DNA from: an uncultured Candidatus Saccharibacteria bacterium
Lineage (GTDB): Bacteria > Patescibacteriota > Dojkabacteria > J137
DNA: 64,000 nt
Direction of reading: 5' to 3'
Assembly: GCA_964607415.1 (NCBI GenBank)
Contig: CAZSKK010000001.1
Coordinates: 260,190 to 324,189 of the forward strand
In this document: positions 48,957 to 59,437 of the stretch, in pieces
Numbering within the stretch: the first letter of the stretch is position 1
Layout of the letters: each line of letters opens with the position of its first letter
Notes under the pieces: model-generated
The model's database searches: none
Told to the model about the DNA's origin: nothing
Seen by the model: only the letters and a program-made list of their open reading frames with translations
Translations under genes and position numbers: made by a program

Positions 48957-48980
48957 AAGCGCCTCTTTCGAGGCGCTTTT
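48957..48980 (-). terminator. Intrinsic terminator hairpin
   Basis: AAGCGCCTC-TTTC-GAGGCGCTT. Confidence 0.7.
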
Positions 48981-49142
48981 TTAGATTACTTCTGCTAAAT
49001 GCAAAAGGTATACAAAAAGACCTGTTGGGATTATAAACAATGCCCAACCTAGTCCAAGGCCAACTGGTGAACCCCAGCTGAACCAGGAACCCCATGCTTT
49101 CCATGGTAGATCTTCCCATTTTTTATTTTCTGTGTTTTCCAT
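48981..49142 (-). CDS. Small Trp-rich membrane protein (53 aa), absent from the ORF track
   Basis: MENTENKKWEDLPWKAWGSWFSWGSPVGLGLGWALFIIPTGLFVYLLHLAEVI*, followed directly by a terminator. Confidence 0.7.
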   Translation of the reverse strand: MENTENKKWEDLPWKAWGSWFSWGSPVGLGLGWALFIIPTGLFVYLLHLAEVI

Positions 49143-49309
49143 TTTAAGAAAATAACAAGTAAGTAAAATATACTTGTTCTTCTGTGTTGGCCCTTCTTAT
49201 GCTGCCTCAAGGTTAAAGACAAAGAGTTTTAATCCAACAAAACAATTATAAGCCAAACTATGCGTTTGCGCTACATAGTTTTTAGCTAATGGATTTAGTA
49301 AAATTGAGT

Positions 49310-49921
49310 ATGACAATAAAGTTCATTTACTTTGATGTTGGAGGTGTTGTAATTAAAGATTTTTCCAAAACTAATAAATGGGATCAAATGCTTTCCGATC
49401 TTAATATTTCAGGCGCTAAAAAAGAAGAATTTGAAAAGCTATTTACACCTTTTGAATCTGAAGCATGTATTGGTAGAAATATTCAAGAGTTTGTTGAAAT
49501 TGCTTCCAAAGAGCTAGGAATTACTTTTCCAAAAGACTACGCTTTTTTGAATGATTTTGTAAATAGATTTGAAACCAATGAAAGCTTATGGCCAATAATT
49601 AAAAAGATACAAGAAAAATCCAAGATTGGACTACTTACAAACATGTATCCCGAAATGCTTGGATTAATTTACGAAAGAGATCTTATGCCTGCAATCGACT
49701 TTGACGTGATAATTGATTCAAGTATTATTAAATTTAGAAAACCACAAGATGAAATTTTTAAAATTGCTGAAGATTTAGCCAAGTGTAATCCTTCAGAAAT
49801 ATTATTTATTGAAAATAGTCAGATGCATATTGATGCAGCAAAACTGCGCGGTTGGCAAACTCTACTTTATGATCCCGCTGATGTAAACACCTCCAATAAA
49901 AAGCTCCAAGAAATTATTTAG
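49310..49921 (+). CDS. HAD family phosphatase
   Basis: FDVGGV, LLTN, RKP and FIEN. Confidence 0.85.
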   Translation: MTIKFIYFDVGGVVIKDFSKTNKWDQMLSDLNISGAKKEEFEKLFTPFESEACIGRNIQEFVEIASKELGITFPKDYAFLNDFVNRFETNESLWPIIKKIQEKSKIGLLTNMYPEMLGLIYERDLMPAIDFDVIIDSSIIKFRKPQDEIFKIAEDLAKCNPSEILFIENSQMHIDAAKLRGWQTLLYDPADVNTSNKKLQEII

Positions 49922-50309
49922 TTTCATTCCTTAGATACTCTATTACTTTATCAATCATTGCATTTAACATTGTAATTTCGTCTTCAGTTGTAGGTTTACC
50001 ATTAAGATAGTTAAATCTGTAACTAGTAAACTTATCTATTTCCTCACAAAGAAATTCATCCGCCACTATACCTCTTCGTTTCATCAAACATAACTGAGTC
50101 ATTACCAATCCTATATTATTTCCTCGGCATTTTAGTTTTGTATAATCAATACCAGTATCCTGTGGATTACTTTCAAGAGTATGTGTATCAATTGGTGGTA
50201 TATAATCACTATATTCAACTTGAAAATTACCAAACCATTGCAGATAAAATTCAGCAGTTTGCTCTGGTCTTTTAGTTTCATAACTTTGAAGAATTCTTAA
50301 ATCATCCAT
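49914..50309 (-). CDS. Hypothetical protein
   Basis: 131-aa ORF. Confidence 0.55.
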   Translation of the reverse strand: MDDLRILQSYETKRPEQTAEFYLQWFGNFQVEYSDYIPPIDTHTLESNPQDTGIDYTKLKCRGNNIGLVMTQLCLMKRRGIVADEFLCEEIDKFTSYRFNYLNGKPTTEDEITMLNAMIDKVIEYLRNETK

Positions 50310-50381
50310 GATCTAATTTTACTACTCAAAGTCAAGTTTAAGTTTTGAACTTATACTGCATGTATGAAGGTATTTCTGAGC

Positions 50382-50669
50382 CTACTTCTTCTTTTTCTTA
50401 GCTCCATCAAGTTTTAAAGTATTAGACTCATCTCTATGAACACCTGTAGACCCAACATGCTTATCACCAATTTGATCTCCATTTTTTATAATGTAGACAA
50501 TTGCCATTCCGTGCCCACGCCCAAGTTCAAATTCATCTTTGAGCCAGTTTAGAATTTCACCTGCCTTTGTGTTTTTATCAAAGCCTTTCTTTTTTGCTAG
50601 GGCAATTAGCTCATTTGGAGTTTTGCCAGTTTTGGCTTCTATATTGTCTAAATATGCTTGAAATGACAT
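50382..50669 (-). CDS. DUF4287 family protein
   Basis: MSFQAYLDNIEAKTGK...WLKDEFELGRGHGMA. Confidence 0.85.
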   Translation of the reverse strand: MSFQAYLDNIEAKTGKTPNELIALAKKKGFDKNTKAGEILNWLKDEFELGRGHGMAIVYIIKNGDQIGDKHVGSTGVHRDESNTLKLDGAKKKKK

Positions 50670-50684
50670 AATTCGTTTTAAAAG

Positions 50685-51059
50685 TTAATACAATTTATCT
50701 TGTCCGATTCTTTTTAAATTTGCATCCAAACTATACTTTACAATCTCTTTAATCAAATCATAAGGAATTGGATCTTTAAGTTGAAACTGCATTGTGCCCT
50801 TGCCTTTTATATACGGTTTTACTTTCTCTTCAATGTCTTTAGGAAATGATGGAATTGGATATATCCCAATGTGATTTTTAAAACCTGCTAAATAAATTAC
50901 ATATTTACCATTTAATTTAAAAACTGCTACTCCATAACTTATCGATTCCACCGTTTCTTTGGGCAACTGATTTATAATCAATTTACGAATTTTTTGGAAT
51001 TCTTTTTTTGTATTTTCAGGTAAGGAATTTTTATATTCATCAACAGTTTTAAAAGCCAT
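50685..51059 (-). CDS. DUF1801/YdhG-like protein
   Basis: TVDEY, ESISYG, FKNHIGIYP and KGTMQF...PIPYDLI. Confidence 0.85.
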   Translation of the reverse strand: MAFKTVDEYKNSLPENTKKEFQKIRKLIINQLPKETVESISYGVAVFKLNGKYVIYLAGFKNHIGIYPIPSFPKDIEEKVKPYIKGKGTMQFQLKDPIPYDLIKEIVKYSLDANLKRIGQDKLY

Positions 51060-51190
51060 GATAAATTATTAAAAAATTAAATTTAAAATTGATCAAAAAT
51101 AGCCGTATTTTATCCATAATTACATTGTACATTAACTTTATTGAATAAGAAATTTTACAGTGTTAAAATCGCAGTATATTTTTTACCTGA

Positions 51191-51604
51191 ATGCTTGTGG
51201 AAAGCAATGAGAATTTTTCCCAGATTATCAATCAGACGTCACCGTATGTTGTGGAACAATACGGAAGTTTAATAGAAAAAATGAATGAAATTGATCCAAC
51301 GGTCAGTAAGCATTTTGTTTTTATAATTGGATACGCAGATGATAATGCTGAGTTACTTAATTTGAGAGAAAAACAATACGATATTCCAACATACTTAGAC
51401 TTATCTGTACTTAAACTGACTAGTTTTATTAATGAACAAATTGAAGGACTAAGCTCAGAGCATCTCACAAAAATTGGGCAAGCAGTTTCTTTAGCAAACT
51501 TACTTGCAGAACGTCAGAAGGAATCGTTGCTTTTAGCTCAAAATGGAATGGGTACAATTTTAAACATTATAGACAGTAGTAAAGGCGATAGAAAAGAAAG
51601 CTAA
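51191..51604 (+). CDS. Hypothetical protein
   Basis: 137-aa ORF. Confidence 0.55.
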   Translation: MLVESNENFSQIINQTSPYVVEQYGSLIEKMNEIDPTVSKHFVFIIGYADDNAELLNLREKQYDIPTYLDLSVLKLTSFINEQIEGLSSEHLTKIGQAVSLANLLAERQKESLLLAQNGMGTILNIIDSSKGDRKES

Positions 51605-51638
51605 AAAAGTTTAAACAGGTTATAATTAAATGCACTTA

Positions 51639-51725
51639 GGAGAGGTGCAAGAGTGGTTGAATTGGCAGTCCTGGAAAGACTGTGTACTCCCTGGAGTACC
51701 GCAGGTTCGAATCCTGTCCTCTCCG
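51639..51725 (+). tRNA. tRNA-Ser(GGA)
   Basis: GGAGAGG/CCTCTCC acceptor with G discriminator, CAGTC-CTGGAAA-GACTG anticodon arm, long variable arm and GGTTCGAATCC. Confidence 0.95.
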
Positions 51726-51791
51726 ATTAAACTAGGCCATAATAAATATTCCTTTTCCTTCTAATAAAGAAAATCTGATAAAATAATCATC

Positions 51792-52097
51792 ATGACTAAA
51801 AAAAGTATTTCAGGTGGCACTGTCCATAAACTTTCTCCAGATTTAAAAGAAGCTTTAGCTTCTGATCCCAAAGCTTTAGAAGCATGGGAAAGTCTTACTC
51901 CACTTGCACGTAACGAATGGATTTGTTGGGTTATGTTTGTAAAAAAAGAAGAAACCAGAAAAGAACATGTTAAAAGAGTTGTATCTGAATTAAAAGAAGG
52001 CAAGCGAAGACCTTGTTGCTGGTTAGGTTGCATTCATCGAACAGATAAAAAAATAAGCCCATCAGTTCAATCAGTTTTGAACAAAAGATCCAAATAG
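51792..52097 (+). CDS. YdeI/OmpD-associated family protein
   Basis: WESLTPLARNEWICWV...GKRRPCCW. Confidence 0.85.
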   Translation: MTKKSISGGTVHKLSPDLKEALASDPKALEAWESLTPLARNEWICWVMFVKKEETRKEHVKRVVSELKEGKRRPCCWLGCIHRTDKKISPSVQSVLNKRSK

Positions 52098-52172
52098 AGT
52101 TGCTTCAAAATTTCAACTTGTACACCTAGGCACACATTTATATAAATCAACTTACTTATTATCATCCCCGAA

Positions 52173-52544
52173 ATGGACATGCCTACTGAACCAAATCCAG
52201 ATACACAAACGAAAACAGAAAAAGAGAATGCAATTGCAAACTTGGTAATTGAATATTTTAATAATTTTTGCAGAAGTGAAGAAAGGTTTAATTTTGCTTT
52301 AAATATTACAAAGGCTAGTAATGAGAAACCTTTTCCACTACGGTTTGAAGTTCGCGAAATCTTTTATCCGATGTTTCTGATTGAATACGCAGAATTAGTC
52401 AAAAACATAAGTGGTAATAGTATTTTGGGAGTTAATGATGAATTCCCAATTTTGAAAAGTTCAACAAGTAAGCATCATAACTACAAAATAATATTTACTG
52501 TCGACCTGAAATGGGTTACAGAATTACCTCCTTTTTCATTCTGA
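52173..52544 (+). CDS. Hypothetical protein
   Basis: 123-aa ORF. Confidence 0.5.
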   Translation: MDMPTEPNPDTQTKTEKENAIANLVIEYFNNFCRSEERFNFALNITKASNEKPFPLRFEVREIFYPMFLIEYAELVKNISGNSILGVNDEFPILKSSTSKHHNYKIIFTVDLKWVTELPPFSF

Positions 52545-52605
52545 TATAATATATTACAAATTTGTATAGCTATTACTTTAATCTTAAACTTATACTTAAA
52601 CTCGT

Positions 52606-52887
52606 ATGTATCCACTTTTTGGTAAATTTACAGCTAAACCGGAAAATAGACAAAAACTTTATTTAATCCTAAAAGAAAGTGCTAAGAGGCTTGAAGCTGA
52701 AGTAGAGGGTTGCATTTTTTACAAAGTCTATCTTGATAAAAATGATTCTGAAGCTATCTGGATTTTTGAACTTTGGGAAGACAAAAAATTCCACGATGAT
52801 TCACTTAAACTTGAAAATGTCATTAATGTAATAAAAGATGCAAAGCCTTTAATTACAGAAATAAATCATATTGATTTAAAAATATAA
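52606..52887 (+). CDS. Antibiotic biosynthesis monooxygenase (ABM) family protein
   Basis: GKFTAKP, GCIFY and IWIFELWEDKKFHDDSL. Confidence 0.85.
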   Translation: MYPLFGKFTAKPENRQKLYLILKESAKRLEAEVEGCIFYKVYLDKNDSEAIWIFELWEDKKFHDDSLKLENVINVIKDAKPLITEINHIDLKI

Positions 52888-52888
52888 A

Positions 52889-53236
52889 ATGAGTATAACT
52901 CATACAAAAACTTTAACCAATGGCGACAAAATTGACATTTTTAAATTAATTCAACTTCTTAAAAGTAGGCCAGTAGTTACAAAAAGTATTGATGAGCTGC
53001 CTATTCCCAACAAAAGTAAAAAAACGGGGTTTTCCCAAAAGCGATTAAAAGTAGCCGATATATCTTTCCCAATAATTATAGATAAAGATAATAATATTAT
53101 TGATGGAAGACATAGATTAGCAAAGTTAGTGAAGCAAGGTGAAGAAAAAATAAAAGTGATTATTGCAACAGATTTTGATCTAAAAAGCTGCGCAATCGTT
53201 AGTGGTAGCAAGCTGACTGATTATTCTGAAATTTAA
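52889..53236 (+). CDS. ParB/Sulfiredoxin-like N-terminal domain protein
   Basis: FPIII...IIDGRHRL. Confidence 0.7.
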   Translation: MSITHTKTLTNGDKIDIFKLIQLLKSRPVVTKSIDELPIPNKSKKTGFSQKRLKVADISFPIIIDKDNNIIDGRHRLAKLVKQGEEKIKVIIATDFDLKSCAIVSGSKLTDYSEI

Positions 53237-53528
53237 TAGTTTTCTTTTTATAGTGTACTTCGGCCATGTTATAGGTTTACTTGAAATTGATGGCTATGCT
53301 CACCTAATCTTTATAGAACCTAGCTTATGCTACTTTTAAACAACTTGCCTTAAATACAACAAGTATATCTTTTAATTTTACTCTAAAGCTTTAACTCAAC
53401 AAGTTTGTATTTTCATTTTGAGAAAAAATGACAATGTATTAGAATTTAGTATGCTCAATTCGCTGACTTCAACTACCGAAGCTCAGAAATTTATCTTCAA
53501 AGTCTTTACTTTTTATTCTTTATACCCT

Positions 53529-55235
53529 ATGAGGAAAGTACCACTCAAAGCGTTTGGCGTTTTTGCCTTGACGCTGGTTCTTACTTTGTCTGGTTTTTCA
53601 ATGTTTCTAAGTAGCGTACATGCTACGCCGCTTTCAACGTTACAAGAAGATTTTGTAGACTTGGACGACTGGACAAACCTTCACGATAACCTTTATAGTT
53701 CTTCCATAAGCTCTGGTGAATTACTCTTTGCAAACATTCATAGTTTAGGTGTTGGAAAATTAGAATCTGAGTACGTAGAAGTTTCTAATTTACCCCATAC
53801 TTTAACTTACAGAACAAAAACTCAAGGTGCAAAATTTGTAAGAATTCAAGTAAAAGGGTTTGATTCTGATTTTGAACCAACTGAAGAATTTACCTGTACT
53901 GAAGAAAATCTGGAAGGAACAGTTGCGTACGATGAATATGAATGTCCGGTTACACTGTCTGAAGAGAACATAAATACTAGATATGTAAAAGTTACTATTA
54001 TGTTTAAAGCTAAAGTTCCTGGAGGGAAAACATGGTTTGATTATATTTATTTAGACGAAGATACAGTTACTGCAAAGACGTGGCAAGAATTAGGTTCAGG
54101 ATCAGCTTCATCAAACGGAATTTCTAATACTTCAACTGCATCAGAATTGTGGGGCTTGGAATATGATTCCAATGATAATCCTGTTGTAGGCTGGATAGAT
54201 ACGGATACAGGTGTAAGCCATGTTCAAAAATTTAACGGTACTAGTTGGGATGAGCTTGGAGACCCAGGAGATCAAGGTGGATATCTTGCGTTTGACTCAA
54301 ATGATGATTTATATGTAACCTGGTGGGCTCAACAATCTGGCGGTGATAACGAAATCTATGTTAAAAAGTTTGATGGAACAGATTGGGTTGATGTTGGTTC
54401 AGGTTCTGGATCAGGTGGAGGAATTAGTAATAATTCAACTGATTCAGTTGGCCCAAGAATGGTTATAGACTCGAACGATAATATTTATGTAATCTGGCAT
54501 GATGCAGATTCAGGGGATTATGAAATTTATGTAAAAAAATTTAACGGCACAAATTGGGTAGATGCTGGTACTAACTCTTCTTCAAGCGGAGGAATTAGCA
54601 ATAACGGTGGACACTCTTTCATAACTGATATAGAGCTAATGGCTGATGGTGTAACACCAGTAGCCGCATGGCAAGATCAATCAGGTGGAGGTAATAATGT
54701 TTATATGAAAAAATTTAATGGCACAAGCTGGATTGAACTTTACTCAGGCTCTGCCTCAAGTGGTGGGGTTACAGGCAGTAATCAAGCCGGCTTTAGATCA
54801 ATGGCTATTGACTTAACTGACAATATTTACATAACATGGATTGATTACAAATCTCAAGGATCTAATGAAGATATTTACGTAAAAAGATTTGATGGCAGTA
54901 ATTGGTATGAAGTTGGTACTGGTTCGGCATCAAGCTCTGGAATTGGAAATACAGGAACCACATGGGGACATGTTGATATAAATCTAGACGAAAATGGACT
55001 TCCATATGTTGCCTGGGCTGAAACAAATGGTGGTGACTTTGAAACATTTGTAAAGAGATTTGACGGAACAAGTTGGGTTAGTATTGCAGGTTCTGGAACT
55101 GGAACGGGTATTAGTAATACTTCTGCAAGATCTTCCTCACCAAGGGTTAGGATATCATCAACGGGTGTCCCTCTGGTTGCATGGATTGATGCTACACCTG
55201 GAAATGATGAAATTTTTGTAAAGTGGTATAAGTAA
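53529..55235 (+). CDS. Secreted repeat (beta-propeller-like) protein
   Basis: Signal peptide from ATG 53529, with about six repeats of GSxSxxGISN...W.D...EIYVKKFxGTxW. Confidence 0.75.
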   Translation: MRKVPLKAFGVFALTLVLTLSGFSMFLSSVHATPLSTLQEDFVDLDDWTNLHDNLYSSSISSGELLFANIHSLGVGKLESEYVEVSNLPHTLTYRTKTQGAKFVRIQVKGFDSDFEPTEEFTCTEENLEGTVAYDEYECPVTLSEENINTRYVKVTIMFKAKVPGGKTWFDYIYLDEDTVTAKTWQELGSGSASSNGISNTSTASELWGLEYDSNDNPVVGWIDTDTGVSHVQKFNGTSWDELGDPGDQGGYLAFDSNDDLYVTWWAQQSGGDNEIYVKKFDGTDWVDVGSGSGSGGGISNNSTDSVGPRMVIDSNDNIYVIWHDADSGDYEIYVKKFNGTNWVDAGTNSSSSGGISNNGGHSFITDIELMADGVTPVAAWQDQSGGGNNVYMKKFNGTSWIELYSGSASSGGVTGSNQAGFRSMAIDLTDNIYITWIDYKSQGSNEDIYVKRFDGSNWYEVGTGSASSSGIGNTGTTWGHVDINLDENGLPYVAWAETNGGDFETFVKRFDGTSWVSIAGSGTGTGISNTSARSSSPRVRISSTGVPLVAWIDATPGNDEIFVKWYK

Positions 55236-55247
55236 TTTGGTATCAAG

Positions 55248-55276
55248 AGCGGCTCAGAAAAAATTTCTGAGCCGCT
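55248..55276. terminator. Bidirectional terminator hairpin
   Basis: AGCGGCTCAGAAA/TTTCTGAGCCGCT between convergent genes. Confidence 0.8.
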
Positions 55277-55287
55277 TAAATAATTGT

Positions 55288-56313
55288 TTAAGCAGCTTTT
55301 TTAGCACTAAAAGATAAATAACCCACTCCTTTATATAATTTAACAATACTGCCCCAGAATTTCTTGACTAATGTTGTTCCAGAAGTGCCATAATAATGAT
55401 TAAGTGGTTCATCAAGTGCGCCTTGATTTAAAAGATCCTGAACCATAGGCATTAATGGTCCCATATACGGCGTAAGTTCGTTAACTTGTACATCAGTAAA
55501 TCCTCCACTAACAAGTAATTCTTCCAGTTTTTCTGGCGCAATAAACCCTGGAGAAGCAAAGCCTTTTTTCATTAAAACTTTGCCCCAAAATGGTACGTTT
55601 GAAAGGTAGGGGTTTGTTCCAGCGAAAACTCCACCGGGAAGCAATGTCAATCTTGCGTTTTCAATAACTCTAGGAACATTTGTGTGCAAAAGCATCTCTT
55701 GCGCCAAAACTACATGTGCAGGTCCTAAATCAGGGTTGAAACCTTCAACACTTCCTCTTAAATATCTAATGTTACTCCTTAGTGTTATCTCAGGATCCTC
55801 AATCATCTTAGCTGCAATCTCGTTCCCTCTTGCAAGTTGTTTTGGTGAGATATCTATACCTATAAATTGACAATTAGAATAAAGGAGAGCTCCAGCTCTC
55901 TCTGCTCCACCTGCACCACATCCAAAACCCTGTATAATCATTCCATCTTGCATGCCTGAAATTTCAAATAGGTGCTTAGTTGCAGCATACTGTGCTTCTG
56001 CAGGTGTAGAATAATTTCTAAAAAAAAGTCCTACATGACTACCTGTGCAATACTCTAGCGGAACTATAACATTGCCTTCCTGTACTATTTTTTCTCTGCC
56101 AACTCCCCAAGCTGCAAGCCAAAAATCTGCAGTTGCTTCATACACTGCGGCTACATTGCCTGTAAATATTCCATTGGCTAAATTCATTAATAAGGGCTTA
56201 TTGTTTTCAGGAATATCAGTTGCTAACTCTATCTGATAGCTTATCTTTTTTAGCTTTTCTGTTGGGTTTGGATCTTCAAAAAATTCAGAATCCAAGTTTG
56301 TTTGATCACTCAT
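55288..56313 (-). CDS. Class I SAM-dependent methyltransferase
   Basis: GFGCGAGG, GIDIS, EMLLH and LLPGG. Confidence 0.8.
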   Translation of the reverse strand: MSDQTNLDSEFFEDPNPTEKLKKISYQIELATDIPENNKPLLMNLANGIFTGNVAAVYEATADFWLAAWGVGREKIVQEGNVIVPLEYCTGSHVGLFFRNYSTPAEAQYAATKHLFEISGMQDGMIIQGFGCGAGGAERAGALLYSNCQFIGIDISPKQLARGNEIAAKMIEDPEITLRSNIRYLRGSVEGFNPDLGPAHVVLAQEMLLHTNVPRVIENARLTLLPGGVFAGTNPYLSNVPFWGKVLMKKGFASPGFIAPEKLEELLVSGGFTDVQVNELTPYMGPLMPMVQDLLNQGALDEPLNHYYGTSGTTLVKKFWGSIVKLYKGVGYLSFSAKKAA

Positions 56314-56746
56314 ATTATTTTTGTTAAAAATTAAAATCTTTTAGCTTGCTAATTAGGATGTTAGACACGTGAATAAAACTTCTACTAATAGAAGTCATTT
56401 ATATTTAAATATTTGAAAAAATTAATAAAGACCTTGTTTTGAACGGGAATGGGTGTACTTTTACTTAAATTTTTGCTTCCGTCGGTTGACATTGGATAGA
56501 CAAAAATTAAATTTATTCGATTCTATCATTTTAATATCTTTTTACAAGGACTACTCATTAATATTTTCAAAAGAACTTGTTTTAACATAAGTAATTTACT
56601 AAAAATTCGCTATTAATATTTTGTCGATAATTGTCGGAAGACTGAATATAAACCATATCTACTCAATCTAAACTTTACACCAGAAAAATTCAATCTATTT
56701 TCAGCAATAATGTATACTGTAATTGTAGTCATTAAACCTTATAACT

Positions 56747-57130
56747 ATGAAATTAAATGCTGTAGGTGTAACATCAAAAAACATTAGTAAATCAGTTGAA
56801 TTTTACAAAACTTTAGGTCTTAAATTTCCCGAATTTAAAAAAGATGATCAGCACGTTGAATCAATTTCAGAAAGCGGCTCAATAAAATTAATGATAGATA
56901 GCCCTAGCCTTATTTTTGATATAATTGGACAAACACCAGCTCCATCTAATCACTCCGCTTTTGCAATCGAATATAAAGATGCAAACGAAGTTAATAAAAT
57001 TATTAAAAATTTAAAAGAAAAAGGATTTGAAGTTTTCAAGGAGCCTTGGGATGCATTTTGGGGACAACGGTACGCAATAGTTAAAGATCCTGGTGGATAT
57101 TTAGTTGATTTATATGCTTATCAAAAATAG
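56747..57130 (+). CDS. VOC/glyoxalase family protein
   Basis: SVEFYKTLG and EPWDAFWGQRYAIVKDPGG. Confidence 0.9.
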   Translation: MKLNAVGVTSKNISKSVEFYKTLGLKFPEFKKDDQHVESISESGSIKLMIDSPSLIFDIIGQTPAPSNHSAFAIEYKDANEVNKIIKNLKEKGFEVFKEPWDAFWGQRYAIVKDPGGYLVDLYAYQK

Positions 57131-57135
57131 CCAAT

Positions 57136-57726
57136 ATGTCAAACCCCAATAAAGATTTAGACTATACATTTGAAAAACAATCACTTTATGACTTTTCTAA
57201 CACCTTCGATCACCTTGTAGGAGAAAATACTGTTGAATTTATAAAAAAGTCTCTGGCCGAAATATCAGACGATCATCAAAGAGTTGTTGATTTGGGAGCA
57301 GGAGAAGGCGTTCTGTTAAGGCAAATGCAAAATGAATTGGAAAGAACCGGAATGTCAAATATTGAATTTGAAAACGTATCACTTAGAGAAATGCGCAAGG
57401 ATGCGCAAATAGCTTCAGATACGCACTGGAATATAAAATATACCCTGCAAGATGTGAATGAATGGCTAGCAAAACAACCAAATCAAAGTATTGATGTAAT
57501 AAACACGTCACATTTACTTGAGCATTTAGAAAATCCCTTACACTCAATTATTATAATGCTAACAAAATTAAAGAACGGAGGAGTTTTATTTTGCACTGCT
57601 GAATTTATGACAAATGGTGTTTCAGATAGTGACTTAAAAGAACTATTTAAAGGACTTGAATATGCAAACTTTCAGATCAATTCGAAAAAAACAGCTAATG
57701 GCTGGGCCTTTGTTATTAAAAAATGA
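57136..57726 (+). CDS. Class I SAM-dependent methyltransferase
   Basis: VDLGAGEG, HLLEHLENP and LKNGG. Confidence 0.8.
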   Translation: MSNPNKDLDYTFEKQSLYDFSNTFDHLVGENTVEFIKKSLAEISDDHQRVVDLGAGEGVLLRQMQNELERTGMSNIEFENVSLREMRKDAQIASDTHWNIKYTLQDVNEWLAKQPNQSIDVINTSHLLEHLENPLHSIIIMLTKLKNGGVLFCTAEFMTNGVSDSDLKELFKGLEYANFQINSKKTANGWAFVIKK

Positions 57727-58679
57727 TCATGTACTTATCATTGCTGGATGCTATAACTCCAATTAATCTTAAAGACGAAAAGGTAAAGTTTTTTAAAAAT
57801 AACTTCAACTATAACCCTGCTTTTGAATATAAATGGGAAAAAATTCAATTTGAACGTAATAAGTATAAAAATCCTTTTAAGCAAGGTTTAATTTATGCGG
57901 TTTTGGATCAGAATACAAATTTAATTATTGAAAATGCCAAAAGCTACTTTGGGGTTGATATAAATAAGTATAAGAAAAAAGCGCAGGAGATTATAAAAAA
58001 TACTGGATTAACTTATCTAAATCAAAATGTTGAAGACCTAGCCAATGAATTTGAAAAAGCTTTCAATTACTTTGATTTGCAAGAATATAAAGTGGAAATT
58101 GCTGATTTGCATGGATTTAATTGTAGACCTAAGACAATTACAAAAATAATGCAGATTTCTAAATATGCTAATTTAGATTTGGCTTCAATTTCTGGAACAA
58201 TTAAGCACGAAATGGTTCATGTTCTAAGACACGAAAATAAAATTTTTAATAACCTAAAAAAATCGCATGACTATTTATCCACAGAGGAAGGATTAGCTTC
58301 GTTTTTGCAGGATAAATCAGCAGATAGCGGGCTATCACTATTTCAACATGCAGCTGAATATTTAGCAACAGAGATCGCGCTTGAAGGTTCTTTTATAGAT
58401 ATTTTTAATTTTTTCCTGCAAGCTGGATTCACCAAAGACCTTGCCTGGAAAAGAGCAACTAGGCATAAATTTGGATTTAAGGATACTTCTAAACCTGGTG
58501 ATATTATCAAACCTGCAATGTACTTTTACTTTGAGAATGAGATAAAAAAACTAAATATAGATGAAATATTACGATTATTTATAGGAAAAATTTCAATAGA
58601 TGATTTGAAATATTACCCTGAATATAAAGGCAGGTTTGAGAAGGAAAAATTAATTGAATTTTTTAGTTTAATGATATAG
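57723..58679 (+). CDS. DUF1704 gluzincin-like metallopeptidase
   Basis: YNPAFEY, HEMVH and TEEGLA. Confidence 0.75.
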   Translation: MIMYLSLLDAITPINLKDEKVKFFKNNFNYNPAFEYKWEKIQFERNKYKNPFKQGLIYAVLDQNTNLIIENAKSYFGVDINKYKKKAQEIIKNTGLTYLNQNVEDLANEFEKAFNYFDLQEYKVEIADLHGFNCRPKTITKIMQISKYANLDLASISGTIKHEMVHVLRHENKIFNNLKKSHDYLSTEEGLASFLQDKSADSGLSLFQHAAEYLATEIALEGSFIDIFNFFLQAGFTKDLAWKRATRHKFGFKDTSKPGDIIKPAMYFYFENEIKKLNIDEILRLFIGKISIDDLKYYPEYKGRFEKEKLIEFFSLMI

Positions 58680-58866
58680 CAGTAAATGATTTTTAAGAAT
58701 TAATTAATTTTTCAGCTGTTAATTTGTTATTAGTAATTAGTCAATTTGACATTGTACGAAGAACTTCATGCTTGCATTTATCCAAATTATCTTATAAACT
58801 TACACATAGAAGTCCCTACCAGGGAATTAATGGTTTTATATTTTATTAGTTATTATTTAAGAATAT

Positions 58867-59241
58867 ATGGCTGAAGCAGCAACACCTTCTCCAAGTAAAA
58901 CATCTATAGGAATAGATGAAAATCTAGCAGGAGTATTAGCATACTTCTTTGCTCCACTATCAAGTATTTTGCTTATAGTAATGGAGAAAAACAGCAAGTC
59001 TGTTAAATTTCACGCATACCAATCACTTGGTCTTGTAGTAGCATGGTTTGTAATAACATTTGGATACTCATTTTCATGGTTTCTTCCAGACTTTTTGTCT
59101 TTATTAGTATCTTGCGCATTATCATTACTAGGTCTTGCTACATTCGCTTTGTGGATTTTCTTAATGTGGAAAGCTTACAACAATGAAATGTATAAACTTC
59201 CTGTAATTGGAGATTTTGCTGAAAAACAAGCAAATAAGTAA
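58867..59241 (+). CDS. DUF4870 membrane protein
   Basis: DENLAGVLAY, VKFHAYQS and YKLPVIGDFAE. Confidence 0.85.
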   Translation: MAEAATPSPSKTSIGIDENLAGVLAYFFAPLSSILLIVMEKNSKSVKFHAYQSLGLVVAWFVITFGYSFSWFLPDFLSLLVSCALSLLGLATFALWIFLMWKAYNNEMYKLPVIGDFAEKQANK

Positions 59242-59271
59242 GGTTACTGTAAGAGAAATTTGACAGAATTT

Positions 59272-59301
59272 AAGAAGCTCGAGGAAATCCTCGAGCTTCT
59301 T
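59272..59301 (+). terminator. Intrinsic terminator hairpin
   Basis: AAGAAGCTCGAGGA/TCCTCGAGCTTCTT. Confidence 0.75.
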
Positions 59302-59437
59302 CACCCTATTTTGAAAATGCTAGACTTAACTGCAATTAAAATGCATGGTTTGCCACTTAAGCATAACAAGTTCTAAGTGGAATCTTTGACTCTGCATTTT
59401 CGCCCTAAAGAAAAATATATTAATTAACTGAATCGAT

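Noticed and set aside
54070-55235. Repeats in the secreted protein gene as a DNA repeat array or DGR target
   Set aside because: These are protein-level repeats with synonymous divergence. No reverse transcriptase or adenine-specific template/variable pair was seen.
56430-56465. GAACGGGAATGGGTGTAC resembling an antisense 5S rRNA fragment
   Set aside because: The match is short and the flanks cannot form the 5S structure.
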